Positions 37,501-52,500 of a stretch of 64,000 nucleotides of DNA are shown here, piece after piece; position 1 is the first letter of the stretch, and the number at the start of each line of letters is the position of its first letter. Position numbers and translations under genes: made by a program. The stretch spans positions 26,610,464 through 26,674,463 of the forward strand of contig NC_043011.1 of the NCBI RefSeq assembly GCF_006345805.1, given 5' to 3'. The notes beneath the pieces are model-generated. The model saw only the letters and a program-made list of their open reading frames with translations. It did not search any database and had not been told where the DNA came from. Source of the DNA: Octopus sinensis (taxonomy: Eukaryota).

Positions 37501-40500
37501 TACCCAATTGTCATCCTCTAGTATGCATCACATCCATAATGGTACAGTCTTCGCTCTTCCACACTGGTTCTTTTTGTATCTAATTTTTTTTTCTCAGCTC
37601 ACTTGTGCTCTGTATGCTCAATGGTATTACACATCCAGTAGTTACTTCATTTCTTTCCAGCCTTTGCAAATCTACATTCAACACCTACGTTTTGCATATC
37701 ATACAAAATCCCACTTTGTGCACAAGCATCATACACCATTCACATAAAGACAATTTCTTTGTCACCTGCAGAGCTAATAGTTCTCTGAACATTTCCCATG
37801 CTGCCCTTATTATTGGTTACTTTGCTTTTGGAGCATCTACCTCTTTTACTAAGTCACCTACATAATTACATAAACTGTTAACTATTGTAGAGCCTTTTGA
37901 ACATTTGAAAGAATTTATTTCATGGGTGATTTTACAGTTAACTGCCCTTGCTACATATGAAGTTCTCTTTGTCTTCTTGCCTGTGATCCTGCTACACCTT
38001 GTGCACCCATAAACTGAGATGATTTGAAAACTTTGAACAAGCATAACTGAGGGAGTCTCATAGACATTTTAAAAAATTTCTTTAAGGGTAAACCTACAAA
38101 ACGTGCACGGAAAGGGCCTCCTGCAAGGTCAAAGTCCAAAGAGTCAACTGTTGATGAAGAAGAAGTGGCTGCTGATAACGAGGTTGAGGATAATGAAGAT
38201 AACGCTGACGACAAAGACAATGAAGAAGAAGATTTTGATGAACCTTCTGCTCCAGATTCTGATAATTCAGATGATGAGGTATTTATTAATTTATCTTAAA
38301 ATTCATTACTTCCTTCTGTATCAATTCCATTTATGAGAACATGTAGTGTATTTGATGTTCTTTCAGGAAAAGGGAAATTATGTAACATACTATGAAGCAT
38401 ATGGATGAATTTAATTTTACATAAGAGAGCTTCTATTAAATCAGTTTTGGTGGGGTTTAATTCTTTGGCAGAACATGTGGAAAAAGCAACTGAAGAATTC
38501 TTTTTCTGTTTAGTTGTGCCTCATCAGTTTTGGCGCAGTTAGAACTACATGTTCTTGATACCCAAAATGAATCAGCTGGTAATACAGATTTGGCACTTCG
38601 TACATAAAGAAAATTCTGTAGCATGCTACAGACTTAATCATAGCTTCAAAATATTTTAGAGCAAGGCTTGAAATATTTAGGTAAAATTAATTTCTATACT
38701 CGGTAGTTAGTGTGTTAATTTTCCTTCCCAAATTCAAACTTTTTTTTCTTCAATTATATTTTATCTGATTTCTTTCAAAATTTTTGTTGTAGGATTTTCA
38801 GATTGAGGACAGTGTAAAAAAAAATAAAGGGGGTCGAGGGCGGCCTTCAGCAAAAGCACCTTCAAAAGGAAAAGGTTCTAAGAAAGTGGAAGGCTCAGAG
38901 AGTGAATCTGAAAAATCTAACAAAGAATCTTCAGAAGAGGAAGAAATGGATAATGAAGAAGATTCTGAATATGATGAGAAACCAAAAGGAAGAAGCAGGA
39001 GTAAAAAGAAGGCGGCTGCTCCTAAAGCAAAAGCTGCTCCTAAGAGAAGTAAGATTTTCTTGAAGTCTGTTGATAAAGAGGCGACTGATTTTGAACTCCT
39101 TCTTTTGTTTAAAGAACTATAATGTTGAACCTTGTGTCAGAGATGACAAAAGCACAAATGGTGAGGACTTGTCCAACCCATGCAAACCTGGAAAAGCAGA
39201 CTTAAAAATGATATTATAATGCTGGGGCTACAAAATTGATTGACATAGCATTGAACAAAATATATATTGACATATTTGGTTACATTCTTTGTTCAAATAT
39301 CACCTAGATCACTTTACCTTTTGTCCTTCTACATTTGGTAAAAGAAGTACTGATGGTATGTTGATGTAATTGACTTTGAACAAACGAATGTAAATTTCCA
39401 GTTCCTAGTTCAGTGTTGTGGAATGATAAACTACCCCATTACTCAGCTCAGCAAAAGCTGCAGTGGATATTTCTGTGTTAAGAAAAGAAATGTCTGACAT
39501 TTAAAGTTGGGAAAATGATGACTGTTCTTTTTCAATATATTGTCTGGTTCTTTTTGTCATAGCACATCAACTTTTTTAAGTACCAGTTGAACACTGGTGA
39601 GTGGGGGAGTCGATGTAATTGGACTTACTCCCTTCCCCAAAATTGCTGAAATTGACTATCCCCCTCCCCGAAATTGCAGGCATTGTGCCTATAGTAGAAA
39701 GGATTATTAATAAGGCTGCAAGCTGATAGAATTGTTAGCATGCCATGCAAAATGGTTAGCAGCATTTTGTCTGTCTTTACATCCTGAGTTCAAATTCTGC
39801 TGAGATTAACTTTGCTTTTCATCCTTTGGGGGATGATAAAATAAGTACCAGCTGAATACTAGGGTTGGTGTAATTGACTTAACCTCTCCCCCAAAATTGC
39901 TGGCCTTGTGCCAAAATTTGAAACCATTATTATTATAATAATATCAAGGCAACAAGCTGGCAGAATAGTTAACATGCCAGGTGAAATGCTTAGCAGTGTT
40001 TCATCTGCTGCTACGTTCCGAGTTCAAATTCCACAGAGGTTAACTTTGCCTTTCATCCTTTCGGGGTCGATGAAATAAGTATCAGTTACGCACTAGGGTC
40101 GAAGTAATCAACTATACCCTCCCCCATATTTTCAGACCTTGTCCCTATTATTATTGTAATACTACAAACTACAGTGGCAAGCTGGTAGAATTGTTAGCTT
40201 GGTCAGACAAAATGTTTAATGGCATTTCCTTCAGCTCTTTACATTCAGAGTTTAAATACCGCTGCGGTCAACTTTACTTTTCATCCTTTTTGGGGGTCAA
40301 TAAAATGAAGTACCAGTCAGGTAATGAGATCACTGTAATTTACTAACAACTTTGCTGGCCTTATGGCAGCATTTGAAACAATTATTACACTACAAACTGG
40401 TTAATGCTTTATCCAGAAGGCTGTCATCTTTTCTTGATCCACTTTCAAAAATAGGAGTATAACACATCATCATCATCATCGTTTAACGTCTATTTTCCCT

Positions 40501-43500
40501 GCTAGCACGGGTTGGATGGCTCGACCGGGGTCTGGGAAGCCAGGAGGCTGCACCAGGCTCCAGTCTGATCTGGCAGTGCTTTTTACGTGCCACCTTCACA
40601 GTAATATGTAATAAGAAAGATTTACTTACACATCATCTAAGATACATTATTCACTTGTTTTCCATCATAAAACCTCATGATGACAATGTTGCTTTTGTTA
40701 AGAAATTCCTCTTATTCATTTTTATATGTTTATAATATTTTTTGTCATGTATTTTGGTACATAAATGATATACTTTTTTTTTTTAATTATCAGCTGTAAA
40801 TCGTAAAGCTTCCAGTGGGCGAGGAGGTGGAGGTGCTCGCCGACAGTCAAAAGCTCCTGTAGAGGTGACAGCTGACAGCCTTTCATCCTCAAGTGATAGG
40901 TAAGTATTCTTTAACTTTGTCAAATTGCAAAAGTGTATGAAAACTCTTAGAGATATTTACATTGGTCACTGTCCTTTTAAGCCATGCATCTCCTCTATTG
41001 ACATCTGTTTCTGTTTCTCTATCATACTCACACTGCTCATCAACTAGCACAAAGCTCCCATTACTTCTCCTTCAGTTGAGAGGTCTTGTCTTGCCAGTTA
41101 CTTGGTAAACCAGCTGGTGCTGGTGCTACATAAAAAGCACCTAGCACACTCTGTAAAGTGGTTGGTGTTAAGAAAGGCATCCAACTGCAGTGCTTGACAC
41201 AGTCATTTAGCTTGCTAGCTCCTGTCACTGTCCAACCTATGCCAGTATGGAAAGCAGGTGTTAAATCATGATAATAATGACTGTCTTAAATTTATTTTAT
41301 TGCTTTAAATCAAAGTATCTTGTAGCAAAATTTCTTGAGCTTTAACCCTTTAACATTTAAACCAGCCATATCTGGGCCAAATATTCTACTTGTTTTATGT
41401 TCACGGTGGAGGCGCGTGGCTTAGTAGTTAGGGTGTCAGCACCATGATCGTAAGATTGTGGTTTCAATTCCTGGACCGGGCGACGCATTGTGTTCCTGAG
41501 CAAAACACTTCATTTCACGTTGCTCCAGTCCACTCAGCTGGCAAAAATTAGTAACGCTGCAATGGACTGGCATCCCGTCCAGCTGGGGAACACATACGCC
41601 ATAGAAACCAGGCCCATGAGCCTGGCTAGGCTTTAAAAGGGTGCATTTATTAATTATTTTTTATGTTCAAGCCAATGAGATCTGGCTTCTCACACCTATC
41701 TTATAATGTCAGTCTCAAAGTAACCATCACCTCATCACAGTCTTGAAGCTACATGATAATCATGATAAATTCAAATAATCGTTGCATATGTATGTTCACT
41801 ATAGAACTATATATTTCTATATAAAGCAATTGTTCTGAAAACAAATTAAAACAGTGTTATGTGTTTGCTGATTGAGAATTTAAATTTATTCTTTCTTCTA
41901 GTGAGGATTCTGAAGATATGATGAGCAGCTGGAAAAAGCGTGATGAAGAGAGAAAGAAAGAAATTGAAAGATTGAGAAAATTAGGAGAGGAAAGGTTTGG
42001 AAACATTTTCACTGTCACTTTTAAGATCTCATTTGATTTGTACTTACATTGTTGATTCAATTAAATATTGGGTCATCCCATAAATAATGTGTTTTTTTTT
42101 TATATTTCTTTTATTTTTCAAAATTAAGATGAATAAGCTTCTTTTTTTAATCTAAAATATACTCTTCTTCATTTTCTACAATGCTCTCCCTTCTATCTGG
42201 TAGACTTGCAAGGCCCCTCTTCCAGAATTCACTTGTCTGTGACAAAAAATACTTCTCCTGTACTGTTTTAACTTCGTCTACAGAATTTGTATTTTTTTCC
42301 ATCCAAATGATTTTGAAGACTGCGGAATAAATGATAATCAAATGGGGCATTGTCTGGATATGGTGGGTGGGACATTGTTTTCCATTCAAACTGCTCCTGT
42401 CTTTGGAATGTCATCCTCGCTGTATGTGGCCAACATTATCCTGATGGAAGAATACCTTTCATCTTGTTGAGCTCTACAGATCTTCCAGGACATGGCTTGT
42501 CTTCTAGGCTGTAGTTTCCAGCTCAGAATTTCTGGAACCACCATTGACACTGGCTTACACTTATTGTCCAGTCCCCATGTACTGCATTAATATTCCTCAT
42601 ACTTTCCATTGTATTGTTGCCTTTATTGACCTCATAAAGCAAAATATGCCGAATATGCTCTTTTGTTACTTCCATTATAGCTTTGAAAAAATAACTGTTA
42701 AAATCGAACTGCACTCTTCAAAACTTGCACTAAGAATAAGTACATGGTAAAATTACTACCTGCTATTACAAGTTGGTGCAGGTAATCCAGTTCCCCTCTG
42801 ATTTTTTGTTTATGCAATTGAGAAAACCGCATTATTTATGGGATGCCCCAATATATAAACAAATTTTTTGTTGTGTGTAAAAAAAAAAAAAATCATGATA
42901 TGTTTTATTATTTTTTCAAAAATGAAATATCAAAAGAACTTCTAAGCTTTATTTGAATTTATGAATTGCTTAATTGGTTAAAGTGAAGACTCAAGTTGTT
43001 TATAAAAGTTTTGTAAATATGAAATATTGGTTGAAATGACTCTAGAATATGTGTTGTTTCTATTCCACAGCTTTAACAGCTCTATTAATACTGCTTTTCT
43101 CATTATCAATATGAAGCTTCAGATTTATTGGGGAAATGTAAAAAGTTTGCTCTATCATGTTCTAGAAATTGAAGCTAGGTAACTGATGTTAGTGGCAGCG
43201 ATTGTAGTTTCTTTGAGCACAAAACAAAATTTTGGTTAGAGAAGATTAAATTCCACAGACAACTCTTTTTTTTTTATAGCTAGAAGATTGTCAATCTGTT
43301 GTGTTAGATTGATGATGTAGTGACACAGTGAAGCATAAAAATTCAGTTCTCTATTTTGTAAATTTCTGCTGACTCTTAATAATAATATTCATATAATTCT
43401 ACAATTCATCCTCACTACACTGATGAAATTTTTTCTGGTGATGTAACATGCTAATCGTATACTAATCAGTTCTCACCACCTCTTTCTTTTGGCCAGTAAG

Positions 43501-46500
43501 AATACGTGATCTATGTCATATGTAATGTGAATTACAGAAAATACTCTACAATCAAATGTGAGTTTTCTCAGTTCCAGTATCTTGAGTGCACATGCACTGA
43601 ACTAAGTATACTTGGTTCTTATGGAGTGTGGGTTGAAGAATTCCTGCAAAGCTTTCCAGAAGAGCTATCCAAAGTGTCAGAACTGAACTCTCCACAACAT
43701 ACAAACTTATCTTGTTCTTTGGACTCCTAGTTTATTTTTTTCATGGTTACTTTGGATTTTTAATAATTAACAGCATTGATACTAATGGCCTGAAGTTATT
43801 TTGAATATTCTTCCATTTTACAAATTTATTATTTAATGTTAATTTCAGGAAAAAACAAGAGGAGGAGGAAGCTATTCAGAAGGCTACTGAAGAATTACAA
43901 AGAGAGCGAGAGTTAAAACAGGAAGATGAAAGCGAAGAGGAGAAAGTAGTACATAAAAAGGAAAAGCCTGTAATTAAGAAGGAAAAGCCCAAAAAGGAAT
44001 TAAAACGGAAAGTTAAAGAGGTTGGTTTTGTTGTTGTCACCCCACCCGATCCCCAGGTCAGCTCTAGACCTCTACTTCAAGATGTTTCTGTTCATGGCCG
44101 AGTCATCTTTTTATTCAAAGATAATACTTTGTAAGGTGGTTGGTGTTAGGGAGGGCATCTGGCTGTAAAAACCCTGCCAAAACAGATAGTGAAGCCTGGT
44201 GCACCCTTCTGCTTAGCCAGCCCCTGTCAAACTGTTCAACCCATGCCAGCATGGAAAACAGACGTTAAATGATGATATACATATGCAGACGTAACTGTGT
44301 GGTTAAGAAGTTTACTTCCCAACCATGTGCTTTTGGGCAAGTGTCTTCTACTATAGCCCCAAGCCAATCAAGGCTGTGTGAGAAGATATGGTAGACAGAA
44401 ACTGAAAGAAGTATATTATAATAATAAAATAATAATTATAATAATAATAATAATTGTGTACAGTGCTCAGGTGCACTACAACTCATCTAAAGTGTATATA
44501 TAATTAGGTGTAGTTTCGTGGATTTCGGAAAGCATGAGGGCCTTAAAGGATGCAGTGTCATGGCAGTCAACAACTGACACAGGCAGTTTATTCCATGCTT
44601 CAGCAACTCTGAGCATGAAAAAATGTTTCCAAAAGTCATGGGAGCTGTGTTGTTTTCTGACTTTGTAGGCATGTCCACGTGTGTTGTATGTATGTTTGAG
44701 TGTAATTATGCAATTTGTGTGTATCTTTGTCGAGACATTATGTAATGTTTGTTAATAAACATCACTGTCGTGCATGTTGTTCGTTTTCATTAATCATGAT
44801 CATCATGATGAAGACTGAAAGCAAACATGAGAAAAATGTCTGGCCATGGGAAATATTACCTTGCTTGTAAACAAGTAAAGATTGGCAACAGGAAGGGTAT
44901 CTGGTCATAGAAAATCTGCCTCAGCAAATTCCATCTGATCTAACTCATGCAAGCATCGATATGTAGATGTTAAATAATGATAATATAATTCAGATACATT
45001 ATTTAATGTCATCTTTCTTTTTACTGAAGACAATATAAGGCATCTTATGTTAGCATGACTTTGGTTCTGTACTCTAGACAAATACAGTCAATTTAATCTT
45101 ATATTTATAGTCTGTTGTCATTTAATCTTATATTTATATACTGTTGTCATTCTAAAGAAGTAGTAATGTATGTACACAACCAATATTTGATTGGAAATAG
45201 ATTTTATTGAATTAGTATATGATGAAAAAAATTTTTTCTATACTTATGTTAATATTGCCTTGATAAGGCAAGGCTATTTTGCATGGCTGGTTAGGCTAGA
45301 TTGCACCTAGAGCAGTTTTATTCACAACAAAATACCAACACATTTGTTTTGAGTATGAATGTGCAATGATCATTCTTTTATTGCTAAAACCTTTGTGAAA
45401 TGAAAAAGAAAATTAAGATCACTTTGTAGAATTAGTGCACTGAAAGGAAGGAAGGATTCATATACTCCAAGATTATTAACACTAATATTGTATCTCCCCA
45501 TATCCTACAAAAGCAGCTGTAGTAGTCATTGCAACATTAGTTATATTAACTTCTTTATATCAAAGATGCAGTATTATTAATGACTTTCACTGACTTGTTG
45601 ATTAAAGATTAATGAATTTTCATTTTTTTTTTTTACCTACTTTGTACTTCCACTTTATAGGAAACTCCAGTAAATAAAAACAGAAAAAAAGCTAAGAAAG
45701 TAGATTCTGATTCCGAAGAAGAAAAAACTCCGGCCGAACCAGAAGACACCAAAAGTGTCTCTAAGGATAAAGATAAAGATGACAGCCCTGGGGCAAAAGA
45801 CACGGATGAAGAAGAGCAGAAAAAGACTCCAACGGCAGCTGTTAAGGATGAAGTAGATAGCGAGGAAGAGATTGGCCGTCGTAAAAAGAAGGGACCTTCT
45901 AAGCAACTGAAAAAAGACTTTGATCTCGATGATGACGAGGATGCCAATATAGCAGATGATGTGCCTGGGGATGATAAAAGTGAGAAGTCAGTATCAACAC
46001 CTGCTGAGAAGGAAAAAAATCTGAAAGAAGTAGAGAAGAATAAGAAGGTAATTAGTGTTATAATGTTGCTTGGTTTATTTTTCATTTTTTTTTTTAATAC
46101 CTTTCTAGAATTGTATTCTTTAAATTCATCTGATTAAAATGGCATCACTTGTAATTTGTTCTAATCTGTTTACTTACATCTTAGAATAAACCACAGGAAG
46201 TAGCCAAGAATAAAATGAAAGAAATCAACAGGAAAGAAAAATTAAAAGAAAAAGTTAAAGAAATTAAAAAAGAGGTAATCCTATAATAGTTATCTTTATT
46301 TCACTGTTTCTTAATTATTCAGGCGCAGGAGTGGCTGTGTGCTAAGTAGCTTGCTTACCAACCACATGGTTCCGGGTTCAGTCCCACTGTGTGGCACCTT
46401 GGGCAAAGTAAATACCCCTTCAAGGCACAAATCCCGGCCAGGTTGTTTATGGAAGACCAACAGTCGCCCATGCATTCCAGCCTCCCTTCTTGTCACCGAT

Positions 46501-49500
46501 ATTATCCAAGGGAAAGGCAAAGCCTGATATAGCTTGGCACCAGTGACATCACAACTCGTTTCTACAGCTGAGTGAACTGGAACAACATGAAATGAAGTGT
46601 CTTGCTCAAGAACGCAACACACATCTTGGTCTGGGAATTGAACTCATTACTTCATGATTGTGAACCCAACACTCAAGCCACTGAGCCATGTGCAATACAT
46701 GCATATTGATTATAGCGTTATTTTCTCAGTGTCATTTATGTTTTTGTTTTATGTGTAAACAATATAAACCTACTGACCTATGTCTTTATTATAAATTCAT
46801 CTTTTTTTTAGCTTGGGTGCATATTTGGTGTATTAAGCCATCAATTGGCTAACCCTGGGGTTGAAATAAACATAGAAACTACAGGAGCTACTTAGAGGCA
46901 TTGCAAGCTCTTCTGAATGTATCACCCTTCTGTATCATCAGTGGGTATCTTAGGGTCACAGACGTTTCACCCACCCACCCTTAACGTGTACGCTTCGCCT
47001 GAGTGGGGCAGTGAAGACTGAATTAGTCTTTGCCTGTGAAAGGGTTCCACCTGCAGTCCCTTGTCAACCACTTGAGCTGGTTTTAGCTGCCATGCCTGTC
47101 TCCTTGATGGCTTTCTTCAGTTTTAATAATTTGAATTTTGTTTTGGATTGTGTTTAATTCTTAAACTTGGTGTATTTGAGTACATAAAAGTGAACTGTTT
47201 GTTTATATCTTGTGTCTATGTAGGAGAAAACAAAAGAAAAACGGCCTGTTCGTGATGATAAGGCTGGGTCAACTGGGGGTGCCAGCAGTATTAATAAATC
47301 TACTACATCAGCTTCTGAAAATAAAGACAATGTTGAGGAGGAGGAGGAAGATGCAAGGAGAAAGAGATTAGAAAGAGAAAGAAGGTTAGAAAGTTTATCA
47401 TTATTTGTTATACTGCTTTTATGTTGCCCCTCACCCCACTTTTTTTTTTTACCTCCCATAACTGGCTGGTTATCTGTATTCATTTCCCTTTGTGTATTCT
47501 TTGCATTAATTTTTTGTGGAAAAGTGGCATGTTTCAAAGTACTTTCGATTGTTTATGGCAAGCACAGGAGTGGCTGTGTTAAGTAGCTTGCTTACTAACC
47601 ACATGGTTCTAGGTTCAGTCCCACTGTGTGGCACCTTGGGCAAATGTCTTCTACTATAGCCTCGGGCCGACCAAGGCCTTGTGAGTGGATTTGGTAGATG
47701 GAAACTGAAAGAAGCCCGTTGTATATATGTATGTGTGCATGTATATGTTTGTGTGTCTGTGTTTGTCCCTCCAACAGTGCTTGACAACTGATGCTGGCGT
47801 TTTTATGTCCCCGTAACTTAGCGGTTCAGTAAAAGAGACCAATAGAATAAGTACTAGGCTTACAAAGAATAAGTCCTGGGGTCGATTTGCTCGACTGAAG
47901 GCGGTGCTCCAGCATGGCCGCAGTCAAATGACTGAAACAAGTAAAAGAGTAAAGAGAAAGAGACCCAAAATTGAATTTGTTGTTAGCCAGTGGTTTTGAT
48001 TAAATGCAGAGATTAACTCTGTCTTAGCTTCAAACCATTTTGAAAGTAATGAAGCTAGTGTTTGGAACATAACTGAACAGGTTTAACCCTCAAAATTCAT
48101 GTTAATTTATTTGACAGAGAAAGACAATGGAATACCAGTTGTAGACTTTTTCTCTAAATATTTTATTGCACCTGTCTAAAAAGTCAAAGGGATAGAGACT
48201 GATAGAGTGTGTGTGTGTGTGTGTGTCTGTGTGTAAATCATTGTTACCAACCATGAGTACTTTTTGTGTGAGTTACAGAATCACTTGTGGATTTAGTGAA
48301 ATTAATGTAAACTTGACCAGAAATATTGTTTCTTTTCCATACTGGGCAACATTGCTTTATTTTCCTTATACTGTTTATCCAAATGTTGATACTAATATTT
48401 TATGTTATTAAATTATTTGATTATTAATTACTTACTCCAAGAATTTTTTAGCTGGCTGAGACAATAAGCTGCAAGCTTCTGGGTCAATGCTCTATGATTC
48501 CTATCTTGTCACCGATATTGTGTTATTTCCCTATCTATAATTATCCTGAAGTTTTTAAAACTCCCTCACCTTTGATCAAAATTTCATGATTTGAATCTAG
48601 GTTCATGTTCTTTGCAATTTCCAAAATTCTTTTGTATTTATTCATTTTTATATTTTTATATTTTTTTTTGTCTGCTTTCAGGCACGATAAAGAAGAAGAA
48701 AAAGAAAGAAAAAAGAAAGAAAAGTTTGAAAAGAAGAAAAAAGAAAAAATTCAATGTGAGAATATCACCTAACTTGTTATCTGATTGGTTTAACTAGTTG
48801 TGTGTAAATTAACCTTTTAGCATTTAAACTAGCTATATTTGGCCAAAATAGACTACCTTGTTTATATTCAAACTGGCTAGATCTGGCCTCTCACACCTAC
48901 CCTACAATATCATTCTAAAAATTAAGTTACCTCATAATAGTCTGATTGCTAAAGGGTTAAAGAAGAGTTAAATGAACAGGAGCTAAACTAATTTGGTTGA
49001 ATTTAATTTAACATCCACTCTTCTGATATAAAGATTTACAATTTTCAATGTTGGGGTAATGTTGAATAGAAAAGGAAAAAGGTCAAAAATAAAAAAAATA
49101 AAAAGATTTATTAGCTTTTGATTCTTTATAAATCTGTAGGGAATGAGAAACAGCAGTAAATCTTTAGTGACTCCTTTAATTGTAAGGAACTGTTTATCTA
49201 TGAGTATTAGCTGGTTTAGTCAATAAATTGCCAGCCTATAGGACAGAAGTCTGTTGTTCTTGTCTTGTCACCAGTACTGTTCTTTCTCTATATAAATGCT
49301 TTGCTTTGAATTAAGAGAGACAATTCACAGCTGTAAGCATCAGCAACACAAATACGCACAAAAAAAGATTGTTTTGACATGCTATGCTAATCTCACTACC
49401 ATGGAGTTGGTGACTGATGGACTGTATCCATCTAGCTTGTCTTTGATATACTATGAAGATATAAGTCTTCTGCACTTTTGCAACAGTCCATTGGGTTATG

Positions 49501-52500
49501 ATGCATCTTAATTACACAACTATCACTCATCATCATCATTGTTTAACATCCGTTTTCCATGCTAGCATGGGTTGGACGGTTCGACCGGGGATCTGGGAAG
49601 CCAGAAGGCTGCACCAGGCTCTAGTCTGATCCAGCAGTGTTTCTACAGCTAGATGCCCTTCCTAACGCCAACCACTCCGTGAGTGTAGTGGGTGCTTTTT
49701 ACGTGCCACCGGCACAGGTGCCAGGTGAGGCTGGCAACAGCCAATCATTTATTTTTTACCTGTTTGAATAAAAATAGATATTTCTGTTTCTTTTGTATTT
49801 TTGCAGTGTTGACTGCTTGCTTTTTTCATTTTTATTTATTTTTTTATTTTTTTTATATTTCAAGACCATTTTTAACAGAATGTTTTGTTTATTCCAGTTT
49901 TACAAACTGAATCTACTTTGATACAAATGGATAATGAAATTAAAAAATCTCTTCAAATTGATAAAACAGTAAGTATGTATATATATATGTCTATTGTTGC
50001 TGTCCTTTCTAATTTTCTAAAACTGAGGAAAGTTTTGTTTGTGTATACGTATTGAGCAATACATGGTTTATATTTCAGTCAAATCATAAGCAGCACAGGT
50101 CCTTCACTGCCTACACAAAATGCATTAGTTGGCTAAGCTTCCTTGTTCTTATTCTAACTAAGCCACAAAAGAGCTGTGACTAAATCTGTAGTGATCCTTA
50201 GAATAGATTCATTTGGCTGCTGATTTTGGAGAAACCACACAGATTCAGAGACTAAAATTTCATTAACTGTCTGTATATACAAAAATGTCTCTTTTAACCA
50301 TCTGCAAAGCCAATTGCAGCAAGAGATCTGTATAGTTCTTTCCCTCTATAATTCTTCCAATCCTGTTAGAAACTAGAGGTTTTGTATGAAATTGCAGTTA
50401 GTTATAAAAATATAAGCTATTGCATTAATTTGAATGAAATTTGCTACAATATATCAATTCCTGGGCATTGATTTCCTGTCTCAGAGCTGACTTTGTGCTC
50501 TTGTTAATCTCTTGGAAGCTGCACATCTCCCATTCAAAAGAAGCTTTTCATCTCCTCCCTTCAAAAATTCTGTTGGACCCAGTAAAATAATGTTATTTAC
50601 TCTTATTACAATAATTATTCTCCTCATAATTCCACCAATAAATATACTGAGACTCTGCTTTTAAAATATCAGTAAGCTGTTTTCTGTTGTATTTTTTTTT
50701 TTTTTCATTTTTGTTTTATTTTATCCTTACCATTCACTAATGAAAGTATTGATGCAATGTCAACTTCACGATAACTCCACTCCTGCTCAGGACCAATAAA
50801 ATCTGATATCCCTAATTATTTTCTCCAAGTCCAGGCTTTCTAAATTAATAATAAATAAAATCATGAATAAATTTCGCCAATTTCTTACTCACCTTTTAAG
50901 GTATTAACCATAACTTCCACAATGCTCAAAAATCAAATTAAGAAAAATGTGGAGAAATTCCACTCACTAAAACACAAAAAACTAATCAGGCAGATATGGT
51001 GCAAACAAGGAAGTTCGTCCTAAAATGGTGATTAAACTGAGGTTGATTTGATTTAAGAATGCTTAGTCCTAGTTTTCAACCGTAAATAACAAACACTATT
51101 CAAATGGTGCTTAAGTGCAGTTCAGGATTTGGTGACAGTTGCACTATCTTAATTATTTTCTATATTAAATTTTCCAAACTTTAAAAAGAATGATCTAAAT
51201 TATACTTTTTCTTCTGAATGACGTTTTCAGCATATATCACTATTACTCTTTTTACTATATTTAGTCATTAGACTGAAGCACCACTTCAAAAAGTGTAGTT
51301 GATCAAATTGACCCGTGTTTTTTTTTATTTTTAGTACCTATTCTGTCAGTCTCATTTTTGCTGAACCTCTAAGTTATAGTGATTTAAACAAACCAATACT
51401 TGTTATCTTGTGGGACCAAATATCTGTGAATCAGTGCTCTTGCATTAGAAGATGTATGTTTTAATATGTAAAAAGCATGCCATAAGACAAAGTTTATTTG
51501 CCATATGCATTTGGGAATAATGTTAATGTACTTTGTATTGCAGGATGTTGATAAATGTATTGCTATTATGGAAGACTTAGAAGCTTTGCCTGTCACACAA
51601 ATCATGTTGAAAAAGAATCCCGATATAATGAATACCATAAAAAAGGTAAAATGCAAGGTCTAATATTTTCTTTATTTTTAGTGGACTCAAACTGTTACAT
51701 TTTGAACTTAGTCAAAAGGCATATTATTGGAAATGTGTTTGTTTTCTAATGGTTTTACCCTTAATCAACAGTAAATTTATTTTCATTTTTACCTCTTATC
51801 AAGCAAAAAATTACATAGTTGTTAAATGGTTGTAAATAAATGGATTTTTTTCTCTAAGTTGGCAACATGGTTAAATTACAATGGGTTATACGTTTTTTGA
51901 CATTCAAAAATGTTCAAAACTTAATCTATTATGATTGTACTTTTATATACAACTTTTTTTTAAATTTTAGCATTTATGCATATATATTCAAAATAACAAA
52001 GGCAAGAAAGCTGGGAATTGTCAGCTGCTTGCCTGATTTGTATAGTTCAAACAAGCAAGGAATTTTAATTATTAAAGTAACGAGCTATATGGTTTTTATG
52101 CATTCTATATTCTCTGTCTGTCTGTTTCTCTCTTAACAAATATTACATTAGAGTAGATTATAATTTACTTGCCTCTTTATGAAATTTCAAGTTATATTTT
52201 GGACATTTTTTAATTCTCTCAAATGATTAACTAAAATGAATGATTAATCCACAAATTCAATTCAGAACCTAGCAAATTTATGTTCTTTCTATGCATTTTT
52301 GTTATTGCGTTTTATTTTACATTGTTTCTACTATACTATTTTTGGTAAAGTGTGATGCTTAAATTGATCATTTTATAAATGCACTTGGTATTTTTGCATT
52401 TTTCATTTTTGCATTGATTTTTTTCTATAGATTAGAAAATATAAAGGTAGTGAGAAGATAAAGAAAAAAGCCGAAGTTATTTACCACAAATTCAAAAATC

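Noticed and set aside
39575-40400. CRISPR-like or satellite array
   Set aside because: Eukaryotic context; units are diverged ~225-bp SINEs without unique spacers.
41404-41480. Functional tRNA genes at SINE heads
   Set aside because: A/B boxes are present but no full cloverleaf; each continues into a SINE core.
45633-46085. 150-aa antisense ORF (also 37951..38220, 47154..47537, 41857..42060)
   Set aside because: Antisense shadows of purine-rich exons (S/F/L-rich artefacts).
46930-46990. Hammerhead ribozyme (GAAAC and CTGATGA on the minus strand)
   Set aside because: I could not assemble the three stems around the core; it better fits a non-LTR 3' UTR.
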